A stretch of 64,000 nucleotides of DNA from the human T2T-CHM13v2.0 reference genome, Homo sapiens. Below the pieces are notes generated by a model. It was not told where the DNA came from and ran no database searches. It worked only from the letters and a program-made list of their open reading frames with translations. Both the position numbers and the translations under genes were made by a program. Every line of letters begins with the position of its first letter. Position 1 is the stretch's first letter. The DNA is taken from NCBI RefSeq assembly GCF_009914755.1, contig NC_060934.1, one strand, 5' to 3'. This document shows positions 49,060 through 64,000 of this stretch, one piece after another.

Positions 49060-49713
49060 TTAATGTAACTTAGTTGACTGTAGAATTTGGAATGTGAAGG
49101 GATAGGATTGTATTAATGAGTGTTGTGTTCGTATATTACATCATGCTGTACCCACAGAAACAGGTCCTAAGAAATGCTATTCTCTAACAATACACATTCA
49201 TGATGTGGCTCACCCAGAGCACCAAAACCCTGCTGGCCATAGCAGGTAGGGTCCACTTATCCCCGGCATCGCCTGGGACATCATATGGACATGTTCTTTT
49301 ACTTGGTTCTTCATGACAAGCACAAAAGCATAACTTGAGAAGGATTGAACTTACATTAGAATGAGACTTTTATGTATTTTTATAATATCGTCATCTTAAG
49401 CAAAATTAAATGTGTTATAAATGATATATGGTGGACCTCTGATGTTCATGTGTGTTTTTCACCTCACCGAAGAATGCTAAAAATTAATCTTAAATATAGC
49501 AAAATTACAGCAACAATAATAATAAAATATACTTGCTCAGAATGGATCTTGTGTCCTCCAGCATTGTCTAGAATTTTCCAGATTTTTCAGGAGGGCTGTC
49601 TCGTCTCATAACTCTGTGAATGTATATCACTCCAGAACTGCCTTTTTTCTCTGCTTAGACAGTTGTATCTTTCTTTGTATTGAGTATTCTTCGGTGAGTT
49701 AGCTCAGTGCCTC

Positions 49714-50310
49714 TTTTTTTAAAATTTTTTATTTTCATTTTAAGTTCCTGGGTACATGTGCAGGATGTGCAGGTTTGTTATATAGGTAAATGTGTGCCAT
49801 GGTGGTTTGCTGTACCTATCAACCCATCACCTAGGTATGAAGCCCAGCATGCATTAGCCATTTTTCCTAATCCTCTCCTTCTCCCTTCCCCACCCACCAA
49901 CAGGCCCCAGTGTGCGTTGTTCCCCTCCCTGTGTCCGTGTGTTCTCATTGTTCGGCTCCCAATTATAAGTGAGAACATGCAGTGTTTGGTTTTCTGTTCC
50001 TGTGTTAGTTTGCTGAGGATCATGGCTTCTAGCTCCATCCATGTCCCTGCAAAGGACATGATCTCATTCCTTTTTATGGATGCATAGCATTTCATGATGT
50101 ATATGTACCACCTTTTCTTTATCCAGTCCATCATTGATGGACATTTGGGTTGATTCCATGTCTCTCCTATTGTGAATAGTACTGCAATGTACATACGAGT
50201 GTGTGTGTCTTTGTAATAGAATGATTTATATTCCTTTGGGTATATACCCAGTAATGGGATTGCTGGGTTAAATGGCATTTCTGGTTCTAGATCTTTAATG
50301 AATTGCCACA
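49714..50310 (-). mobile_element. Older L1PA 3' fragment
   Basis: ORF 49778-50311 is L1 ORF2p C-terminal sequence (PFNPAIPLLGIYPKEYKSFYYKDT) reading into the 3'UTR. Confidence 0.95.
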
Positions 50311-50988
50311 AGCTTGGTGTCTCTTCTGTGTTTTCCTAGCCCACAGGATGGCACGGGTGCTGTTTCACTCATGATGGCATTTCCCACTGGTAGGAAATAT
50401 GCATGTTATATTATATGTGACAAAATCCATGGAACACTCACCAAAGCCACAGAAGTTGTATTTTTACCTGCTTAACAGCCGGTGTCATCCAAGGTTTGAT
50501 GTGACAGACACATACTTTATTCTGTTAGCTACAAATATTTATTCTGGTACAGGATGTGTTTAAAGGCATAGGCAAAGGCCACATTATACAGGTAAGGAGC
50601 ATGGATTTTAAGTGGAATAGAAAGAAATTGAAGTCTTCTAGATAGAGGAATGAAACGATCTGCTGTATGTCTGAAGATGAACCTGGCCACTGGAATATAG
50701 AGGGGCTAGCAGAAGTGGGTATAAGCAGAGAGACTAATTACAAAGGCACCGTAAGAGTCTACGCAGTACAGGTGAGTGACTTGACTAGGGTTGTGGTAGT
50801 GGAGTGGGAAGAGTGAGGCTTGTTATGTTCATAGAGGTGTATAACAGAGCAATATCGTCTTCATGTGCCAAGCCCTGTGCTAGGTCTTGGGGATTCAGCA
50901 GTGACAGAGGCAACACAAATCCCTACTTTCATGAAGCTTTCATATTAGCAGCGAGGGGTAAACCATAAATAAATACATAAGTATGTAG

Positions 50989-51351
<363 letters not shown>

Positions 51352-51788
51352 TAGAATGCTGTTTAAAATGCCACAGTTATTTATGTAAAATCTGTGATCT
51401 TTCACATTGTTAGGAGAAGGTAAAAAGTGCATCCAGAAGCAAGGTTATCAGGGCCAAAGAGGCACCGTGTTCCCAAGGAACCTGTAGTCACTGGTAGAGT
51501 CAGTACTGAGACTCCCGAAGATCAATAGGACCAGCATATGGTGTCTTGGCCATATCATCACGATCTGTGGTCATGTTTTGAGGGCAACTTGAATATTTTT
51601 CATGATAAAAATATAGTGTACCTCTTTTTCTGTAATTGAAAAACAATTTCCAAGTAATGGCTGTGTATATTACGTGAAAAATTACCACAGAAATCGAGAG
51701 TGGAGAAAGGTATCCCAAGTCTTTCATAGAAAATGACCTGGAAATTTTCCTTTTAAATGTCTCTTTTTAAAGTAGTATGAATATGGTT

Positions 51789-52157
<369 letters not shown>

Positions 52158-52290
52158 TCAAGCATTACAAGAGGTTACCCAGTGCCAGGTTAAGTCCCTC
52201 CCATCTCTGGCTGCTGGTTCCTCAGTTTTCTTCCCCACAAGCAACCACGGTGACCAGGTTCTTGGTGTCACTCTGGCATTGTGGTTCTCA

Positions 52291-52640
<350 letters not shown>

Positions 52641-52815
52641 GGTTGCCTTATCCCACCTCCAGAGGCTCTAATTAAATTGCTTTTGAATATGCCATAGAGA
52701 TTTGTAATACCCCCCCCCCTCGCCCCCCACAGGTTTTAAAAATGTGCAGCCACTTAAATGTTCTAGAGCTAGCCTACATACTCATAAATGTATGCATTCT
52801 TTAAAATGCACTTAT

Positions 52816-53006
52816 CAAAAAATTAGCTGGGCGTGGTGGTGTGTGCCTCTAATCCCAGCTACTAGGGAGGCTGAGGCAGGAGAATCGCTTGAACTCAGGA
52901 GGCAGAGCTTGTGGTGAGCCGAGATCGTGCCAAGCCGAGATCGTGCCACTGCACTCCAGCCTGGGTGACAAGAGTGCAACTCCATCTCAAAAAAAAAAAA
53001 AAAAAA
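52816..53006 (+). mobile_element. Alu right half
   Basis: Contains a tandem duplication of gccgagatcgtgcca. Confidence 0.92.
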
Positions 53007-53049
53007 TTTATTCAAATGACAGCAAAACGGTGTATTTCTACCAATGATA

Positions 53050-54050
<1,001 letters not shown>

Positions 54051-55104
54051 TTTATTTATGATTTTTAATCTGATATAGTAAAATGTATAGCTTTTATGTT
54101 TTGGAGTGTTTCAAGTATCAGTTGGTAAGAGAGCTAGGTACTGGAAGCTATTGGAGAACAGAGAATATGTCATCTATATTCTTAGATCCTCAGTGCCCAG
54201 CACATGGTAGATAATTGTTGACAGAATAGTTGGATGTAAATGTGATGATGATGATGAAGGATCATGAAAGTTGATCCCAGGTATTCATCCAGAAGAAATT
54301 AAGGCAGTAACAGTATTATCATCATTTAATTCCCTTCATAATTAAACGCTCCAGCGTATAATCACGGTGTATAATACTTCTGGTATAAACTGAAAGTACT
54401 GAGTTTCAGAAGGCAGATCTAGCTGAGTCGTCTCAGAGCCGTCATCTTGGTCACTAAGCTCTTGCTCCTTAGAAACTCGAAGATCCTCCACCCCTTCCCA
54501 TTGGTCTTTCTGCCTCGGAATGTTGTTCCCTTGCCTGTATCTATGACTGTTTCCTGCCAGCTGCAAAACACAGCCTAAATATCTATTTCCCTTTAGAAGC
54601 TTCTTCTGAGTCCCATCTTCATCTCCCTGCCATCTTCCCTCATAGTGTCCCATGGCTTTCCTTTATAGTAGTTATCAGAACTGTCATAAAATAATGTTTT
54701 GTGTTACAGCCTCTGTGATGTGTCTCCCTCACTCGACTGGGAACCCCAATCACTTCTTCTTCCCTCATGTCCACTGGGAGTGCTCTGGGATTGGGGAACA
54801 GAGGTAAACAAAAAAAGCTCCCTGCCCTCCTTTGAGTATTACATTCTACTGTATATATGTGTTGGGAAAAGGAGATAATAATAATACTGAGTTGTGCATC
54901 ATATCCAATGATTGTCATTTAAATGAAGCAGAAAAGCCAGTAGGTGCATTTTTGGCTTGGAGTATCTGAGTCTGGTTTGTGTCTTAATAGTAGAAGGATC
55001 TAGCACATAACATATGCATACACTACCAGGCTGTGAGACTGTGGTCACCCTCGTGCAAGTCAACAGACAGCTGTCAGCATAGTCACCGAGCCATTTCTTT
55101 CTCT

Positions 55105-55402
55105 CTTTTTTTTTTTTTAGCGACAGGCTCTCATTCTGTCACTCAGGCTGGGGTGCAGTGGTACAATCAAGGCTTACTGCAGCCTTCACCTCCCAGACTC
55201 AAGTGATCCTCCCACCTCAGCCTCCCAAGTAGCTGGGACTACAGGTGTGTGCTACCATGCCCAGCTCGTTTTAAAATTTTTTGTACAGATGGGGTCTCGT
55301 TATGTTGTCCACGTTGGTCTCAAACTGCCGAGCTCAAGCAATCCTCCTGCCTCGGCCTCCCAATATGCTGGGATTATAGGAGTGAGCCACTGCACCTGGC
55401 CC
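55105..55402 (-). mobile_element. AluJ
   Basis: TSD agccatttct. Confidence 0.95.
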
Positions 55403-56487
55403 AAGCCATTTCTCATCCTTACCAAAATGTATTCTTACCAAACTGTCAGGCCATTTTTGCCCTGCTTGATGGAAGTTTTGCTATCATTAAAGTCCATTAC
55501 ACCTTCAAATGCAAAATAGAGCAGATATTTTCATGCAACAAAAGATGCTTTTTCATTTGCAAGACAAGAAATAGGATATAAACTACTTTTGACCAATGGT
55601 ATATGTCCAGTATTTTATTAAACGTTCTGAATATAGTCTAGATTTTCTAATATTAATATTATATATCTGTGGCACATTTCCAGCTAAATAATCTAAAATT
55701 TACAGCCTTTTTAAAACACAGAGGTGAATGAACCAGATTGTCTCTAGTTCTGAAATCACCTCCTGAAGGTGGGTTTGCTGCTTAAGGGATACATTAACTA
55801 TATTAGGTCCCTAGGGTACTTTCCAGTGCTTTATTTCTGAGTACTCCACACCACTGGCATTTTTCCAGACAAATCCCTGATGGTGTAGCCTGTTTTTTTA
55901 ATATTAAGTCTCTCTGAACCAAAGTCATATCTTTCCAGAAGGTTAGACTTTTAGAACAGTATATTAATATTTTACTACCAAATTACTGGGTCATTTTGGC
56001 CTGCTTAAGTACCTAACCTAGTACCAACAAATTATTTAAGCAATCATAGGAGAAAAATCCAGTATTTCAGGTAGACACTTAAATAATCATTTCTATACAT
56101 TATACACAGAGAAATTTACTTCATAATCATAAAATTTTATGTCTAAGTACTTTTCTTTTAATTATTTTCTTGCCTGTCATAATTCCCATAGCAACCTTTA
56201 CTTTGTTCTCTGTTTTTCATGTGCATAAAGAGGCTTTCAGGAGACCTGGTCCTTGCCTCCCTTCCCCATATGCAAACAACTACGAAGGTGAATCAATTAC
56301 AGAAAATATGTATAAATCATCTCTTTTACAACATCAAAAATATTTTCAGGGTACTTTGTGAGAAATTTCAATTGCAATAGGAAGGGCCTTTTATTCACAA
56401 ACATAGGAACATTACAGGAAAAGAATTTAACTGAACTCCCAACATTTTTTGAGAAAATGGAATCCAACCTTATCTCTTCTGTTACTG

Positions 56488-56805
<318 letters not shown>

Positions 56806-57444
56806 TGAATGTATGTATATATAGAAATGATTCAGTTTTGTTTTTGTTGTTGTTTTCTGGTTTTATTAAATACAGTCATCATAAACATTTGCCTGTAATC
56901 ATCTTTAGTCTTTGTAACTATTTTCAAGGTTATCTAATAGTCTACTAAGCATGTGAACCATAATTTTAAAATTTTCTTAAACTAGTTCCTAGAAGTGAAA
57001 TTAATAGCCTAGGTACATCTAAATGCATGTCTAGTTACACATAGAAAGTAAATTGTCTTCCCAAAGGGTTGCGTGAAAGCCAAAAACTATCAACAAGGTG
57101 TGAAAGTATCAATTTAAGTGTGTCCCCCTGACATTGTGAATTGGGACTTTGCAAAGAGCATTGGTTTAATGATGGAAAATGGTATTGTGTTTAATTTAAT
57201 GAGGTTGAACATCTTTTCCAGATGCTTATGGCTAATTGATTTTTTCGTGAATTTTCTATTAATATCCTTTATTTATATCAATTCATTTCTTACTGTTTTA
57301 CTTATCAATTAGTGTGCCTTTTATATATGCAAAGAAAATGTTAAACAGTAAAATATTTAAGGACTGAAGCCATATCCCTTTTCACAAGTGTGTAGTTCCC
57401 TGGAGAACACAGAAGTTAGCTGTTCATTCATGCCTGTAGATTAA

Positions 57445-57856
<412 letters not shown>

Positions 57857-58799
57857 AACATGGTCTTTCTTTGGTAGTAGAGAGTCTATTAAGATATTCT
57901 AGAGTTTTATATTTATTTGTCCAGTTATTCAGTTGCATTCCTTTATATTACCCAACATTGCTTGAAGAAATATCTTCTCCCTGTATTGGCTTGATTTTTG
58001 AAACATTCTGAATTATTATAAGTTATATGTATAGTCATATTTTCTGCTGTAAATTTGAACTCCATCTCTATAGGAATGTCAGGGGTAGTGCATAAGAAGT
58101 AAATCAACAGTCACTCACACAATATGTTATATTTACAATATATTCGCAACCATCTGTAAGAAAATTTGCAAGTGCATTCTTTCTAGTAGCTTCAATTTAG
58201 TATACTCATTTTACAAATGAGAGAATTAGCCAGAGAATTATTTACATGCCTTGCCTTTGGCTATGCAATGAGTCACTGGTACTTTTAGGATTGGAACTTT
58301 AAGTTCCTGGAATGAAGAAGCAGAATTAATGGGAAAAGAAGCTTCACAAAAAATAAGTTGTAATCATATTTTCAAAATATAAAGTCTCTCTTAGATTCAC
58401 TGGAAAAAGGATGCTAAACAAATTTCAAGTACAATGACTGTTTTTGGAGTGGCTTGCTTGTTATGAAACATGGTTATTTAATCAACTGGCCTATAGTTGA
58501 CATTTGCACCAAGTTAATTAAGTTGGCATTTGTGGAGGTTTGTGATAAAACACTGGGGATAGCTTCAAGCTGAAGCCTTTGTTTTATTCTTTATTCATTA
58601 TAAATATTTATCATCCGTTCATCATGGAAAGTCACATTTCTGTTTGTGTTTTTTAATTAAGAAAGAGACACTAGCACATTTAGGAATGTTTAAGAATGTT
58701 TAGGAATGCGAAAATGGATCGGGAGAGCTTTCTTGTAAATTGGGAGAGCTTTAAACTATAGGATGTAAGAGAGAAGAGGTTTTCTCTCTTTCAGTCCTT

Positions 58800-60000
<1,201 letters not shown>

Positions 60001-60273
60001 TGATTCAATAGAAAAACCCTAAGTGTAGTGACATCCATGCAGTTTCTGGAGTACCTGTAACCAGCATGAATTTCTAGACCAAAAATTCCCTACATACAAT
60101 TTATTCACTCCTTTTCTCCCATTTCATTGAATTTTCTGCAGCTATGTATTGAGACAGTTCAACTCTCCCAAGCCACTATTTTTCTGCTCCCTGCCTACTT
60201 GTTTTCAATTTCATAACTGATAAGATAGTTTGTATATAAAAAATTATATTAGCATGAAAAAATTCTTGTCATT

Positions 60274-60609
<336 letters not shown>

Positions 60610-61304
60610 CTAGAAAATTTTCCCAAAACACACATACACATACATAATGTTCTAATTTTTTTAAATTACTTAGCCTATGACTGAAATCCAAAACTCAAAA
60701 TAATATCAAAATTGCCCCTCTAATTTTAACTTTTTCAAAATGGTTCCTTTGGACAATGTCAAATTTTGCAAATATTGAGCAGAGGCTCTTCTATAAACTG
60801 TAAATAGCCATCATACCCTCATGTTAAGGAATAATTTGGTGGTAACAGCATTTTGATATGTTCGTTTTTTAAAAAAATGAAAGTCACATGTCTGAACTTC
60901 TTGCCTACTATTTGTACTTTATAATAACTTCAGCTTCAGTACTGAAAACCAGCAACTGTTCCTTTTGAACTGAAAGAAGACACTTGAATCCTAGCCACTT
61001 TCAGGCAGGATGAGCTGCCGACCAGTCTACTGAAGGCCAGCTTGCCAAAGTTCTATTCATTTTCAGCAAAGAGAGAAAAACTTAAATAGCCGGTGTCTTG
61101 GCTTCTATTGTTTTCCGATTCTAATCTACTTTCCCTTGTAGATAAGTAATGAAAAGAATGCTTGGTGATGCTGAGATACTCTGAAGTGAGGAAAATTTCA
61201 GAGGAGCAGCCAAGTCTTTCCACAAAACAGCATTCTATTAATGAATGTAAAATGAGCCCTCGGTGTACTTTCGTTGTGCCTTTTTGGAAAGATAAAATTT
61301 GAAA

Positions 61305-61613
61305 TTTTTGTTTTTCCAAGTAGGAGTCTCACTCTGTTGCCAGGCTGAAGTTCAGTGGCACAATCTTTGGCTTACTGCAACCTCTGCCTCCCAGGTTCAG
61401 GCAATTCTTCTGCCTCAGCCTCCCGAGTAGCTGAGATTACAAGCGCCCACCACCATGCCTGGCTAATTTTTGTATTTTTAGTACAGACAGGGTTTCACCA
61501 TATTGGCCAGGCTGGTCTCTTGGCCAGGCTGGTCTCGAATTCCTGACCTGGTGATCTGCCTGCCTCGGCCTCCCAAAGTGCTGGGATTTCACCGTGAGCC
61601 ACTGCGCCTGGCC
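61305..61613 (-). mobile_element. AluS
   Basis: Internal tandem duplication of ttggccaggctggtctc. Confidence 0.95.
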
Positions 61614-61979
61614 CAAATTCGAAAATTTATAGATGTGTGTGAGAGAGAGCAAGCGAGCGTGCCTAAAGCTTAGCAAAGACATAGCTAAGCATTACAAAAC
61701 TATCACGATGCCTTTATGATCGTTAGAAATGGCTATACCTATGACCAACAAACAGAAAAAACATATGCTTTTGATTAACAAAAACATCAGATGCATGTAG
61801 GAATTTGTCCTAGCTTTTCTTTTTATGAGCAGACACATGCATGGCACTTGAAATTTGACTGCTAAAGGTTTACTCCTAACTCTGTGGATCCAATTTGTTA
61901 TATACTCATTTTACAAAGGGAGGAATTAGCCAGGGAGTTATTTATATGACTTGCATTTGGCTATGCAATGAGTCCCCTG

Positions 61980-62130
61980 CTTCGTGGCCTTGCTCAGGTA
62001 GCTTCTCTATGTCTCAGTTTTCTCATCAGTAAAAATGAAGATAATCGAAATTACATTAGGTAATACTTGTGAATCAGCACAGTACCTGACACAGTGTAAG
62101 CATTTATGAAATATTTGCAATTATTATCAT
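61980..62130 (+). mobile_element. MIR
   Basis: tctcagttttctcatc.gtaaaaatg..gataat...cacagtacctgacaca. Confidence 0.75.
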
Positions 62131-63195
62131 TAATAAGATGTATTATTATGTGCATAGCCTGATCTTAATTGATTATCCTCATTATGAGTATAATATAAAA
62201 CAATCTTCAAAACGCACTCTTTTAGCCTCTAAGTAATTGTGCTGGACTGAGAAGGAAGAAAATACAAGAACTCTGTTTATATTCTCCGGAGACATCATGT
62301 TTCCAGTAACGTGGAGTTCACTAACAACAACTTAAATGTAACTCCGAATTAAGGAACTCACACAGGCTGAAGGAGTTTTTCTGGGAGGTAATCCCATGTT
62401 GATGGAGTCTCACATGTGTATTCCAGGAGTGCCTGAGTATATATCACATGCAGAGTGAGAGAAAAAGAGAAGGGAGAGAGAGAGAGAGACTGAACAAGTT
62501 TAAATAAATCTTACTAAAAATTAATGTTAGCATGTTAGATACACTGACCTCTTTTCAATTCCTCAGACATGCAAGCATTTCTTGTACACAAGGCCTTTGC
62601 ATATGATGTTCTTTCTGCCCAGACATCCCTCTTCTCAATGCGTTGCAGGGCTGAGTTTTTTCTTTCATCGTTTAGATTTCAGCTTAGTGTCATTGCAGAC
62701 TGTCATCTCATTACTCTAACTAAAATACCATCCCTCCCACCATCATTTTATTATCTCAGCTTTTTTTCTTGTCTCTCATAGCCGTTATTTTTCTGGTGCC
62801 TTTTAAAAAAAAATCAGTTTCCTTCACTGAGATATTAAGTTTCATGACAGAAAGCTTTAATCTTTTTTACAGCCCTGTTTTCAGTATTTAGCTCACAGTT
62901 ACAGCACAGAGTTTCAAAGTAATAAGTACTCAATAATTGCATGTAGTTTGGGGAGTTGTTAAATAAAATTTAATCTCTTCATTAGTACATCCTATAGCTA
63001 TATGTTTATAAATTTTCATATTGTCTTGAGAAAATTGAAACTGACATTTTGGCTTTTACAGGATCATAAAAGTATCACACAGGGATGACCCTGCAGCGAT
63101 GTATTGCTATCACCTCTGTTACTATTTTGACACTCAGCTAAATGATAGGTCAATCACATTTGAGATTTTCATCATCGTATGAATTTGAATAATAA

Positions 63196-63621
<426 letters not shown>

Positions 63622-63834
63622 TGATTTTATTTATGAAGAAACCAGTAAAGCAGAGAATAGCAATTCAGATTTCTTGCATCTACATTGCACCAGAGAACAG
63701 AAGGTAATTCTAAACTGTGAAAAGAGATGACAACACCATGAAAAATGAAAGAATTATCTCCCTTCCCCCACAGACAATACAAGATAGAACCCTTTCCCCT
63801 TGGTCCTGGCCCGCTGAAGTCTATCCCATTTTGA

Positions 63835-64000
<166 letters not shown>

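Overview
Human (primate, Alu-rich) genomic DNA from the long 5' intronic region of CACNB2, which encodes the voltage-gated Ca2+ channel beta-2 subunit and is transcribed on the + strand. The locus is identified by a 51-nt coding exon at 8316-8366 encoding MLDRRLIAPQTKYIIPG, the known N-terminus of isoform Cavbeta2b, followed by a phase-0 GT donor. The ORF track misses it because it is too short. The most interesting observation is a second short ATG-to-donor exon at 34398-34430 encoding MYYDDDEPSEV. It is also phase 0, matches none of the canonical beta2a-e N-termini I know, and resembles the Cavbeta3/beta4a N-termini, so it is a candidate extra alternative first exon. The rest is intron: about 55 Alu elements or fragments (including a young AluYg6), L1 fragments, one solo LTR, DNA-transposon MITEs, MIR/L2 remnants and microsatellites. 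Three places look like templated insertions, two of them composite Alu structures inside a single target-site duplication (TSD). The listed ORFs are repeat-derived or chance ORFs. Repeat boundaries were read by eye (about +/-10 nt), and subfamily names come from remembered consensus sequences, not a RepeatMasker run.
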